The notes beneath the pieces are model-generated. The model was not told the origin of the DNA, ran no database searches, and was given only the letters and a program-made list of their open reading frames with translations. Below, in pieces: positions 48,171 through 64,000 of a stretch of 64,000 nt of DNA. Position numbers and translations under genes: made by a program. The number at the start of each line of letters is the position of its first letter. Positions within the stretch are counted from its first letter, which is position 1. The DNA comes from Selaginella moellendorffii. Lineage: Eukaryota; Plantae; Lycopodiophyta. The DNA lies in NCBI RefSeq assembly GCF_000143415.4, contig NW_003314263.1, forward strand, positions 2,978,041 through 3,042,040, in the 5' to 3' direction.

Positions 48171-49170
48171 GTAGTTGAAATCCAGTTGAATTCAGCAAAG
48201 GTGATGCTGCTGCTCCTGTTTTTTTAATAAAGAGAGGGGATGGGGTCAACTGATCTTCCCTGATTTTTCCTTGTTTTTCTGGAGGCTGTTCAGCAAGTCA
48301 GAGGGGTGCTGCAGCTTTTGTAACAAGTGCAGGGGAACATCACCAACAAGTTGTGGGGTTTCTGCTGGTGGGTGTTGTGGAAAGGAAAGGTGCGATTCAA
48401 CTGCTATTGTGCAAATTCTGCAAATGGTGGCTGGGCATACCCATGAATGCAACAAAATCATTCTTTTTTCTCCTCCTTTTTTCTGGTTGTTGTTGGCCTT
48501 TGTCTTCCACCCCCTCCAAATCATTTGAGGCATCATAATCATAAAAAAAATGAAAAACCTCTCTCACACACAGATTTGGAGTTACAGGACTTTTATAGCT
48601 ACATTTGTCCACATGTTTTTTCTGGTTTGTTTCTTTTTTTTAAATATCCTGGCGCAACCGAAACATTGCTCTAAATTGCCACATGCTGCACAAAAACACA
48701 AACCAAAGAAACTGAAAAAAAAATTTAAAATTTACGAAGGATGGAGGAATTGGTCCCAACCTCCTCTTCTATGCAAATGCGCTGCCATGGCACTTGCAAT
48801 TGCAATTCAAGCACTTGCTCCCTGCAAAAAGGCGCGCTTCTCTCATGTGATTTCTTCAATAGCTCTGGAATATTCCCTGGCACGAGAATATTCGTAAGGT
48901 TTTGGCGGCGACGAAGTATTTTTTGGCGGGAGTTTTGAAACCACGGCAAAGACCTAAAGATAGCGTGCTGGGACAGCCGTCCACGTCGAGCGGCTGCGAT
49001 GCCTCCACGTTACAGATCGTGAAACGGCCATAACATCTGTGCCGTTGAAATAAAGCCCTATCTTGCCATTCCCGCTTCTCTGTCGGTTCTTCTCCCCTCT
49101 TGGCGGCGTCTTTGCAAACGCCCTTCCTCGAGGGAGTTCTTGGTGTTTCGGCGCCCGATCTGTGAGCTAG

Positions 49171-50895
<1,725 letters not shown>

Positions 50896-51351
50896 AAAGC
50901 TAGCTATGGAGTTCTTGAAGTTCTTCGTTTCAAGTGTTCTTACTAAAGTGGTTTGGTTCTACGCTCTTTTCTCACGAGTGGTTTCACAGTAGAAGTTTGC
51001 AATTCTATGATCTATTCTCTTGGAATTTGATAGAGCATCGTTTGACTTCCAAGAACATTAGACAATGGTGTACGGTATGTCGCGTTCTTACCGTTCGTAC
51101 AGGAGAATATAGCCGGGTTGAAATGTCGGTGCGTCGTGTGCCACGTGGCGGGCCGTAATTGGTCGGCGGCGGCTTTCGAGAGCGAGGCGCGACGCATCCA
51201 ATGCAAAAGGGCCCCCGCGTCAGTCAAAAGTAGAGGAGAATTTTAGGGTTCTTGCGCTTGGCAGCGCTGCGCTGAGGGTTTAGATTGGAGCGCGCGCGCG
51301 CCTGGGCCCGGGGATGATCTACTCTCTGGTGGCTCAGCTACTCGCGGCGGC

Positions 51352-51632
51352 ATGAATCGTCATCTGCTGTTCGTCACCAGCGTTGTCGGATTCTCGCTCG
51401 TGGGATTCTACGTCGCGGAGCTCGTGGAGCAGCGGTACAAGGTATGGATGGATTGGCGGGCGCTTCTTGCCTGCGAATGTAGGTAGATCCAGCATGGCTG
51501 ATTTCTTGTTTCTACGTTCTTGGCTTGCAGCGATCGAAATATCAAGAAGCGCTGGATCATCTTGCGGAGCTCAAGGCCCTGGAGAGCGCGTCTATGCTCG
51601 AGACTGCCAGTGAGCGCAAGAGGAGCGATTGA
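51352..51632 (+). CDS. Candidate spliced 63-aa micro-protein / uORF with an N-terminal hydrophobic helix
   Basis: Exon 51352-51441, intron AAG|GTATGG...TTGCAG (51442-51530), exon 51531-51632: MNRHLLFVTSVVGFSLVGFYVAELVEQRYKRSKYQEALDHLAELKALESASMLETASERKRSD. Confidence 0.6.
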
Positions 51633-51662
51633 TTGTCGCGGTAGCGTAGTGTCAAATGAAGG

Positions 51663-53131
51663 ATGCTGCTTCACTTTCGAGATCCATCAAAGCTCAAGAC
51701 AAAGAGAGTAGGTGTTCTTGATTTACTGCTCGTAAAGCTTGTTTGCTGTGTTTCTAGGTGGTGTTTGAGGCTACGTACTATGCCCGCGACTCTGGAACCT
51801 TGGAACAGCTCAAGGATCTCAGCACTAAAAGGAAAGCGATTGAAGAATCCATCAATGGAAGTAGCAATCTCACCGCCGCAATTGCGAGAGAGATGGCTGG
51901 CGGCGTTACATCTCCCATCTTGCAGGTATGTGCCTTTCGAGGATTCTTTGCTGAGAATCACTTTGTTTTTCTCTAGGACCTACAAAAGCTGGAGAAGTAT
52001 CTTCCTCTGCTTGAGAATCTAGTGGCAAACGTGCTACAGCAGCAGAATTTGCAGATCCTGCAGTGGACAAGTGACTTGAAACTTCGGTGGACGAGTGCTT
52101 TGTGTGGTCCTTCCGGCCATGGCTTGGGAGGGCCGAAGTACTGCCGGATTGACGATCTACGTTTCGAGCTAGCAATGATGCTCTCTCTTTATGCGGCGTT
52201 GTTAAGAGAAAGAGCCATGGAGTTGCTTGCGACCGGTAAGATTTCCTTGTTGATAGCCTGATTGATTTTGACTGTCGTTTTGCCAGACTTAGTCGAGTCC
52301 GCAATGCTTTTCCGTAGAGCGTCCGGTGTGTATCATCACTTGTCCCAGGATTTGCTTCCAGGATTGCAGCCGTTACTATCATTGGACAAATCTCCCGAGC
52401 TTACTTCGTCAATGACAACGGCGATGAGTCTTGTTTGTTTGGCTGAGGCGCAGGTACGAAGCAATTATTCTCACCTTCTTTGATGTAACCAGCTTTTCCA
52501 GGCCGTCACCGTTCGCAAAGCCGAGCAAAACATGACGAGCGGGAGCCTCGTCGCGAAACTCCACTATGGCGTCGTGATGTTTCTCGAGGAAGCCATCAAT
52601 CTATTGCAAGCTAGCTCCACTGACTGGATTGACGTCTCAGACAAGCTAAAGGTGCGTTTTTCTTTCCTTTTTCTAGTTTCACTGAGAAATGCTAACGGAG
52701 ATAGATTCATTCTAGAGGTTCGTGACTGCTTCCAGTGTTCTCCACGAGGCGAGATGCCGGCGACTCATCGCGGAAGAGTTTAAGAAGATCGAGCGGTTGG
52801 GCATGGCCGCGGGGATTCTCCGTCTGGTGTCGAGGAAAGCACACCTTGCCAAGCCTCCAGGTTTGGATTGGATCACTTTTGGATCAATCAATCTCATGAA
52901 AGCGAATTACTTTTCCTTGTTCCAGGGGATGGTACGTCCAAGCTGGTGTTCAAGGCAGAGATCACAGCACTGAACGAGATGCTGCGAAAATGCGAGCACG
53001 AAAACGATTTCATCTGGCGAGAGAAACTCCCACAGCCCGACGAGATTCCACTCATGGAAGGGAAGAAAATTGTGTCGGCGATTCCATACAAGGCATCGGG
53101 TCTGTGGCGAGAGCTTATCTTCGTGGTGTGA
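51663..53131 (+). CDS. BRO1-domain ESCRT regulator (BRAF/At5g14020-like), multi-exon
   Basis: MLLHFRDPSKLKTKR|VVFE..ARDSGTLEQLKDLS, DLQKLEKYLPLLENL, LRWTSAL, LRFELAM, CLAEAQ, AKLHYGV, HENDFIW..GKKIVSAIPY; GT-AG introns. Confidence 0.88.
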
Positions 53132-53277
53132 TGGAAGAAGGCTTTTTTTTTTTTCTCGAGGAGACAATTTTGGAATAAAACTAGAATATGCGGTCGGATC
53201 TTTATAAGCATATACTTAAGGATATCCGAAGGGATGTTCATTGTTGCCCTAAAGTGGCATCGTCGTGTTGGATCGTG

Positions 53278-54008
53278 ATGAAAGCTTTGGAGCGCTTGCG
53301 GAGTATCGCGTTGGGTCCTCGATCAGCTCCAGCACCCAAGAGTGAGTACGCGCTACTTCTCTGATCGATCTCGCTCCTATTTGCGCGATTTTTCTCGAAG
53401 ATTTCTCGTAATCTGGAGCGAGCGAGAGAGGAGAGAGATAGGGAGAGATAGAGGGCCCTTGCATTGATTTAGTACTTGTGCTTTGCTCCAGGCAAGTGGG
53501 CTGAGCCACGGCGAGAGGAAGTGGTGGTGCCAAGGCAATCGCTTCTCCTCAAATTGCGAGGCTTTGTGGGCGTCTTCCTCGTGATCAATGTCTGCATTGG
53601 TGGTACGTAAAAATCTCCCTGGTTCTTCTTCATTCTTGTTGACTCTTCTCGTGAATCGAGAGGCAGCAAAGATGAAGAACAAAAAAAGAGTTTGATGACT
53701 TACACTTGGTTTTTTTTTTGTTCTTCGTTGGCCCAGGCTATTTAATTGCGAAGACTACACCAAAATCGAGCAAGAAGCAGCGTGCGCAGAAAAAGGACGC
53801 CGCAGAGTCGCCGCCGGCGGCCCAAGCTCCTCCCGCGCGAGTTCCTCACAGGAAAGTCACGGCCAACGAGCAGCGCCAGCTTTTCCAGTGGATGCTCGAC
53901 GAGAAGAGGAAGATCAAGCCCGCGAATTCCATCGAAAAGGCCCGGATCGACGACGATAAAAAGGTCTTGAAGCAGTTTCTTCGATCTACGAATCTACCGC
54001 AGATATAG
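53278..54008 (+). CDS. Conserved plant single-pass membrane protein (At1g55160-like), 3 exons
   Basis: Spliced product MKALERL...FVGVFLVINVCIGGYLI...EQRQLFQWMLDEKRKIKP...KKVLKQFLR. Confidence 0.75.
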
Positions 54009-54615
54009 AACATTTTTATTTGTTCTTCTGGAGACAGTTTTGGTAGTCGCGATTTATGCGTTTTTCATTCGGCGAACGTTTTTAGTGTAGTCGATATTTG
54101 ATTGAATCATTCGATCCAATGTTTGTGGAACTGGTTCTTAAATTTAAAATTTAAATTTAAATTTATAACAGCTTTAAGTCAAAAGCAACAAAATTCGTTA
54201 TTATTATTATTATTATTATTATTATTGATGATGATGATAATAATATTAGGAGAGAAAAGAATGTCAAATTGATGTTATACAGTCCCAAGGAAAACCAAGA
54301 AGAAGAAGAAAGAGAAATAATTTTACTTTGGTGAGATCCCATACCTGTGGGCTCACTCTTATATGCTAAGTTAGAAGAAAGAGAACAAGTAGAAGATCTT
54401 GGAAAGTTTTTTGTTGTCTTCTCTCTCTGTGATCTCTCTCACCTTGATAGGTCTCAAAGATGAGATTTTGCCCCTCCAAGAACTTGGGAAAGGAAAGAAC
54501 TCACTCCTCCAGCAGCAGCAAAAAAAACCCTGGAAATTCCCTCCCGAAGGAACTTGGACAACAAACAAAGCAGGAAAAAAAGGAGAAAAAGAAGGAAAAA
54601 AAAAAGAGAGATTCA

Positions 54616-55564
54616 TCAAAATGGTGGCCTATTCCCAGCTGCTGCCCAGGCCAAGACTTCAGGTGGCAACTGCCCCAGTGAATTCTGTGCCAGGTTTAAC
54701 AAGGCCATCTCCTGCTGGCTCGCCCCACCTGAGCCTCCCCCAGGCCCACCGGGCGACACATTCACCAGGTGATGGTTCCCTTGGACGCCCGGATTCTCGC
54801 CACCTGTCTCGAGGCTCTCATCCAATGGCAGCCGATCGTACGTCGCCCCTACAAATGACGCGGCGATAACTAGTACCGGGCTAGCCGCCATGAGCACCCC
54901 GACCACGCTGCCCCCTAAGACCTGCCCCTGTTGCGCCCCGGCCAGTGCCACCGTCAGCCCCGCGACCGCGACCGGGGCTGGCGGCGGTAAAAAGGCACCG
55001 GATATGCTAAGAATCTCGAATCTACCGTGAAAGGTGACAGTGGATCCCGGCGCCGCCAGCTGCCGCAGCGTCACGTTGGCCACGGTACCGCTACCGCCCA
55101 GTACGCAAAGTCCGCGAGCCCGGCGTCGCGCGAATGCCGCCAGCGTCTCGCCCACGTCACAGCCGCCGGCGATCTCCAGGACGTGGGGGCGCATCGCGTT
55201 GCCCGAGTCGCGCGTAATGATGATGGGCGGCTTGGGCTTGTTCTTGGAGCCCGGCGGTCGTCCGCGCGGTTTGCGTACTACCACCTCGCCGCCACCAACG
55301 CCGCCTGCGCCGCCGCCGCCGCCGCCGCCACCGCCGCTGTGGCTGTGATCTTTGAGCAGCAGCGAGGAGGACGAAGAGCCGGCCTGGAGGAGCGCGGCGT
55401 TGTTGTTGTTGTTGTTAATTCCTTTGGAGTTGCTGTTGTTGTTGTTGATCCGTCCTCCGCCCACGACTCCGCCACCGCCTTTGCTGCCCCCGCTGCTGTT
55501 GTTCGAGTGATTCTCGTCGTCGTCGTTCGAGTGGCCGCCGCCGCCGAGGTGATGGTGTTGGTGA

Positions 55565-55597
<33 letters not shown>

Positions 55598-55659
55598 TGT
55601 TGCTGCTGCTGGTGGAGGAGCTGGAGCTGGTGCTGGAAAGATCCTGGAATTCCAGCCAT
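54616..55659 (-). CDS. AHL: Clade-A AT-hook motif nuclear localized protein (AT-hook + PPC domain), intronless
   Basis: [34 protein letters not shown]; poly-Q/H/N/G N-terminus. Confidence 0.95.
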
Positions 55660-58600
55660 GGAAACTTTCTGCTTCGCGGAAGATCACCTCAACGCTTGAG
55701 CTGCTGTGCGATGCTTACTTGATCCAAGAAGCTTATGCTTTGTGAGTCTTCTTCTCAAGCTCCATAGCCGCGCATTTGGATCCTAAGATCGCTCCACCAC
55801 ACTGTGGCAAGGAAGGAAACCCACTAGACTGTACAGAAGATGCGGCCCTCGGTAGCACTGGAGGCTCGGTGACGTTCTTGTGCTTGGATCCAATCCAGTT
55901 CTTGAGAGAGCTCTATCTAGAGAGGAGAAAGAGAGGACGTAGAGGGGAGAGAGAAGTGTGATGTCCAGTCGGGACAAAAACCAAACCTTGGAAAGATTCT
56001 TCCTCCTGTCACTGGCCTTCATTCAAGAAGAGAGCCCACCGCTCGATCTTTTGGGGATAAGCTCGAGGACGCGACGACCATTGCGTTGTGAATCAAAAAC
56101 CCTCCTTTTTCTCGCTTTTGTGCTGGTTTCTCTCTCCTTGCGAGCAAGATCAAATGATGGTCTCCTGGATTTGATGGTACACTTGGCGCGCCGGGATGGG
56201 GAAGATCAAACTTTTGGTATTGTTCGAGCTTCCACTGGAAAGCTAGCAAAGGATGTATGGATTGGATCAAAGAAGAAGAAGAGAAATCTAGCAATGCCGG
56301 AGAGGGGGAGTTTAGTAAAACGAAGCGAGCGGAGCGAGACAAGAAAAAACGATCCGGTGTGATTAAAAAGAAGAGCGCGTGTGTGTTCGTGGGGGCGATT
56401 CAGCAGCTATGATCATTTGACAAGTCGACCCTCTGATTGGATGATTGAATGGAGGGGGAATTGACTGCTTCGTCGTCACGGCGAGACAACCCAAGCACTC
56501 AAAGCTGCTACTGCCGCTGCTCTCCTGAGCTCCTGTTACTGCTCAGGAGCTGAATTATCAGAAGGAAATCCTTGTACAAAAGTCTTGTTAAAGTACCTTG
56601 TGGCCAGGTAGAGAAAGAAAGAAAGCAAAAAAAAGGAAAAATGAGGAAAAAAAAGAGAGATAAACGTTTAAGTGCACACCCAAAACAGGCTTCTGCTGCT
56701 GCTGCTGCTGCTGCTCCTGCTGCTCCTGCAACTTAGCCAAAATCAGCCTCCTCTTTCTCTTCGATTTGTGGAGAATACAATGAGCAAAGATGAGAGCAAA
56801 CAGGCTTTCGTTTGTGAGAGAGAGAAGAAAAAAATAAGAGTAAACAAAGTGGTGTGCACAGCAGATGAGGAGGGAAGTGAGGTGGTGGGCTCTTGAAATA
56901 TATATAATATTTTTCTAAACAGGAAAAATGGTTTTCCTTGAAACTTTTTTTCTCTTTTTCCTTTTTCTTTTCTCCTCTAATGGAAACATGGTTTCAATGG
57001 TGATGGTGAGAGGCTTGTGGGGATTTGTGAAATTTTGGTGACCCAGAATTGTGGTGGGTGGAGCAGAGGCTTTGGGATGAATGAGAGTTGTGTGTGTGTT
57101 TGGAATGGATGGGATTTGGGATGAAGAGATGGTTAGCTGACCAGTCTGACCCAAGAATGTGGGGGTTTTGACCGGTCCTTGACCATCTTTGACCGGCCAC
57201 TTTTTGCTGGATTTGAAAGGACTGGTGGCAGCAACCAACGAACAAACCTTCTCAAATCCAACACATTGAATGTACGAAGCGATGGAAAGAATTGGTGGCT
57301 TGTAAGCTTTCAGAGAGATACTGTGGCCCATGGCACAGCCAGTGGGATGGATACTATCAAATTGCTAAAGCATTATTATTTTGAATAATTTTGAACTTTT
57401 TTATATGAATAGTTGTTTTCCAAATTATCAGAGAAGCGACAATAATGGTTGGCAGATCCCAAGGCCTCCACTGCGACCACGTCGCCCTCGCGATCCGACG
57501 GCTATCATTGCTCGTATATGACGACAAGTTGGCGTAGTCGTACCTTGGGGTAAAAGGTGAAAGTAAATGTACAAAGTTAGATTGGCCGGGGTTAGAATCT
57601 GGTCGGCCGCAGCCCGACAAGCGTGCGTTAAATCGACGATTTCGAGAGGTCGCCTTGGTATTTTACTGACGGCCTCGAAGTTAGTGCGCGTAGAATACAG
57701 GTATATTCTTGTTTCTAAAATACAAACAGCCGACCGTACTTTTCTGGTGATCCAAGTTCTCAGATGTTTCTGCGAGCCAGGATCAAGCCATAGATTTATT
57801 AAACGTTGCTCTACATCCAATTTTTTGTGGTGAGAAGAGACAAAAATCGTGGAAGTTGTTTGATTGATTGAAAGCGTAGCATCAAACCCAAGAAAATGGA
57901 GTGAAGTGGAGCAAGAATACGAAGATAACTTAGATCTAAAAATCTAGTCTAGACTTTTGGCAAAGAAATATTCAAAGTGGTTTCTTTAACCCACTCTTAT
58001 AAGGTCAAAAAAATTCTAGCAATGAGTAATAATCCAGGATAAAACATTAGAAGGTGGAGAAAGACAATGTTTCCTAGTATGAAGTTCCAATGATAACTTG
58101 CTTGAATCAGCTTCAAACATTTCACAAGGTTCTCTATACTCTCGAAAAAGAACAATTTAGAAGAAAAAAAACTAGTCAACTTGTAATGTATCTCTAGATT
58201 GCGTTTGCTCGCAACTCAAAACTGGAACTTACGAAGGAATATGGGGCCATGGGGCATTAACAAAGCCGAGCACATACAAAACTATAATCCATCCCAGCTA
58301 GAATCTATCGCTCATTTTGGCTTGGCCCAAGAACAAAAGTCCTGGACAAAGAACTCGTTCAAAACCTGAAAAAAAATTTGGATTCTTCTTTTCTTCCTTA
58401 GAAAAACATAAACCAAGCTCCTTTATAGAGCTTGCAAGTATGCATTCCGCTTGGCCCGAAAGTACTTGGTTTCGTGTCACAAATCACTAATGCAAAGATG
58501 CCGAGCATCCGACCCAAGTGTTAGCATTGAGCTGTCGATCATTCTGTCGAGAACATGTGGGGCATAGCGTGATGGATTAGCTCAACTTGGTTCTCACTTT

Positions 58601-59454
58601 AAACATTGATTATACTATCTTATAATAATTAATATTGAATTTTAAAGTGATTTAACAATATAATACCACGTAATAACAGTGAATGCGATCCTTTGGACAC
58701 CAGGCAAGAATTATTAATCGTGGCTCTCCTAAAGAGCGAAGGGGAGCGATCGCTTTCGAGTGATGCATAGACCCTGCGTGGTGTTTCTGGAGATGGTGGT
58801 GTTGATCTTGGGACGATTCGAGTGGCACCGACTCGTATAGTGGCATGATGTACGAAGCAAACACTAAATTAATGCGATGCTCGGTGCTTATTTTCTTGTC
58901 CAGGCTAGAAAACACCACCATTTTACTTAGAATAGCGTTTTCTAATGGAACCGGCCACAAAGTCAATCACATGTTTTCTGGAATCAATTGTTAACAACGC
59001 GGCCGAGCAAATCCATCCAGGTCAGTATGGAGTCGGGGATTAAAAAATGGCGACAAACAACGGAGAGAGAAAGAACATGGGATTAAAAAATGGTGCATTA
59101 TTATTACTAATATTATTATCTAAACTATTTAAAGCTATATTATCATCATTAAGAAATGGCAAGCGCACGGCATGGACAATGGAGCAACGATGTTGATTCC
59201 ATATTGTAACACTGGCATTGAGGCATTTGCTCTACACTTAATAATTGTTCCACATGGTTGGTCTCAAGCCCCACATGGTTCTCAAATTCCAAACCATGTA
59301 CCTCCATTTATTTTATTGCAGATAGATCATAGGCCATAAAAATATGTATATTTGTAACATCAGGGCCTATCATACATTGTATCGTGGTGTGAGCCCCCTT
59401 GAATCAAGGAGACGGTGTGTTACAACCAAAGGCGCGACGGTCAGGCTTCCTTAT

Positions 59455-59538
59455 GCCACGTAGGACGCATCCGACGGCTGCGATGCGTTGCGACTTGGCG
59501 GTTTGAAAGAATGACACGTGTCGAATATGGCCACGTGG
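59455..59538 (+). promoter_or_regulatory. Cluster of three G-box/ACGT elements
   Basis: GCCACGTA (59455), GACACGTGTC (59513) and GCCACGTGG (59530) just upstream of ATG 59544. Confidence 0.55.
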
Positions 59539-59543
59539 AGGAT

Positions 59544-60511
59544 ATGGCCGCGAGGGTTTTCTGTTGCCCTTGTTCTTCCTCTCCATTTTGCGCCGGCAAT
59601 GCAGGGCGGCGCCGGGCTTCCTCGCGGCGGATTCGAGCGCTGGGGGAGATTGGCGATGGCGGCGAGGATGGAATCCTGCGAGGAGGTATGTCGGAGGAGC
59701 TCGACAAGCTTTTCGGCGATGAGGAATCCAAGGCGCTGCTCCGGGATTTGTCCGCGGCTGCTCGGCGCCTGGATGCCGCCAAGCGCGAGATGGAGGATCT
59801 GGCCGGCAATGTGGCGAGGGAGGAGGATGATCCCGAGCTCCAAGCCCAAGAGCGTCTTGTAGGTTCTATAATCTCTCTTCCAGTGATGGATTCTTTGGAT
59901 TGTGGATGTTCCAGGTGGAGCAGTGCGAAGAAGACGTGATCTCCGCCCAGGCCGAGCTGAAAGCCGCGGAGATTGCTCTCATCGTTGCTCGCGCCGGTGG
60001 ATCCAAGTGGGAAACTTCGGACGTGGACGAGGACGTGGAGAGGATGGAATCGGGACGAGCAGCTCTCGTCTCGGCAGTGGCTGGAACTCTTGCGAGCTTG
60101 CCGCTGGCTTTGATCGGTCGAGAGGTGACAGGATTGGTTATCAGCGAAGCTCTGGTTCTCGTCACTTGTGCGGTGTTTGGAGTCACGTATCGCTACATCG
60201 TTCGAAGAGACCTTGGAAACATCCAGCTCAAGAGCGGAGCCGCGGCAGGATTTGCTCTCGTTCGAGGTAAAAGTTTGGTCTTTTTCTTCTTCTTTCAAGT
60301 GTTCGATCTAAAACGATGGCTTGTTAGTGTAGTTCTTGGACAACTCGAGAGTACGCAAGTTTTACCCGGTTCTTGGACGGCTTTGGAGTACCAAGCCGTA
60401 GCTCTTTTCGTCGGGCAAAGCGTGGTGATGTTCTTGGCTGCTGCCCTGGCTTTGGATCTGTGCATGAAGTTGGAAGTCATCCAACCTTTTCCATCGCGAA
60501 AAAGCGTCTAA
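59544..60511 (+). CDS. Probable plastid membrane protein (At4g24090-like), 3 exons
   Basis: Transit-like N-terminus, coiled coil, then ERMESGRAALVSAVAGTLASLP and FGVTYRYIVRRDLGNIQLKSGAAAGFALVR. Confidence 0.8.
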
Positions 60512-60615
60512 GTGTTTCGCAATTCCTGTAAAATGAATAGTAACTCTATCAAAGAACTTGATTGGTTTTTAGAATACTTACACGCTTTAGACTTGAGAAA
60601 GCTTTCGGCGTTTGT

Positions 60616-62697
<2,082 letters not shown>

Positions 62698-64000
62698 TTC
62701 CCGCCAAATAATATAGTCAAAATTATGCTTTATAATTTTTTTTTAAACACCTCCATGATTATTTTATGGATTAATCTTGTATGACATTCTTTTTTTACTG
62801 CCATGTGGGCAAGAAGTTGGTATTGAGGGATTGATAAAGAATTTAAACGTTGATCTCTTAGTGAGAAAAGAATATTTGACAGGACTAGTTAGCAGATTAT
62901 AAACATTTTCCAGATAACGTTACCTTTTCCAGATTAATCTGGAAAATACAAGAGGGAACTAAAGCAATTTTTACTAAGATATAGTTATCGTCACATAACA
63001 TTTTATGAAGAAAGAACTTTAGGGATAAGGGAAATCTAAGCTTTCAAAGTACAAGGAGGGTTCTAATGAAGTAGATCATTATAATCACTATATCATAGAA
63101 AAACTAGCTTGATGATGCAACATGATAATATAAAATTTACCTTTACATAATTCATTAGTGATTGAGTGATTAGAAATGCTTGTGTCATTCTCTCATCAGT
63201 GTTGACTTATTAAGACACCTTATATGACAGTTTGCTAATGATAACATTTTGGTGGGATGGTGCTAAATAGTACACTTCCAGAAGTGGGATAAAAGAATAT
63301 ACAATAGGATGAGGGGCAGATATGCATGCATAAGCAAATATAGAGGGGGAAGTTGTTATTATTGATCCAAATGTTTGGTGATTGAACATTTTGCAATACC
63401 TAATCAAAGTTTATATCTAGAGAAGTCTATTTTTTCTCAATGAGATATTTATTCAAAAAGTTTTGTAATATTTAATCATAAACTAATTTTAAGTAAAAAT
63501 TGATGGAAAACTTGTTCTTTATAATAGTTTTGATATTACACTCTAGTCTACTAATACATTTTGTTTACCAGAACCAAATTGTGTTGCTCCTTATCTTCGT
63601 ATTCATAATAATTGTAATGCTAGAAATGATAATATATGTTTGGGAATCTAAACCTCATTACTAATAATTTAGAGTTTATAATAATTTCTTAAATAAATAT
63701 GAATATATATATATATATAGCATCAAAATTAAATAAAAACTCCTGAGAACCTAATTATTTTTCCTACTAAAAGTTTATTCTTATATATTTTAAAACTATA
63801 AAAAGCTGTGATACCTTTATGGAAGGGTAATTTCCCTCACATATAGTGTGATTAAGTTTTTCTTCTTCTTTTTATTGGAATTTCAAAATGTGATAAGAGA
63901 TATCCAAGTTTCATAATAAATATAAACCTCTCAACTTTTTAAAGGAAGTAATCCTCTTAAATAATTATATAAAGGCCTTTGAGTAAACACTAATTTATAT

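Noticed and set aside
48246-48542. Cys-rich small ORF downstream of OST4
   Set aside because: No ATG or signal peptide and no known Cys pattern; probably UTR or intergenic.
55027-55722. 231-aa plus-strand ORF (similarly 59441-60298 and 50202-50729)
   Set aside because: Antisense or alternative-frame shadows of GC-rich real genes.

Overview
Eukaryotic plant nuclear DNA. Very short spliceosomal introns (mostly 50-100 nt) and tight gene spacing suggest a compact genome such as a Selaginella-type lycophyte (inference). The window has two parts. (1) About 1-43 kb is a heavily rearranged mosaic of direct and inverted copies of one ancestral cassette: F-box / PUX1 / YjgA(DUF615) / R2R3-MYB / dihydroxy-acid dehydratase (DHAD). 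It is mixed with decayed fragments of sphingosine kinase, FIP37, ADF and an RBR E3 ligase, fold-back elements, a solo-LTR-like insertion and a near-perfect 5.08-kb tandem duplication. Different copies keep different genes intact, and several junctions carry snap-back or templated filler DNA. (2) About 44-63 kb is ordinary gene-dense sequence: COMT-like O-methyltransferase, OST4, alpha-tubulin, a BRO1-domain gene, a conserved single-pass protein, a clade-A AHL, a plastid membrane protein and DHFR-TS. The most notable new candidate is a spliced 63-aa transmembrane micro-ORF ending 30 nt before the BRO1-gene ATG, a possible conserved uORF or bicistronic unit. Gene identities come from recalled family motifs, not database searches, and pseudogene boundaries are approximate.
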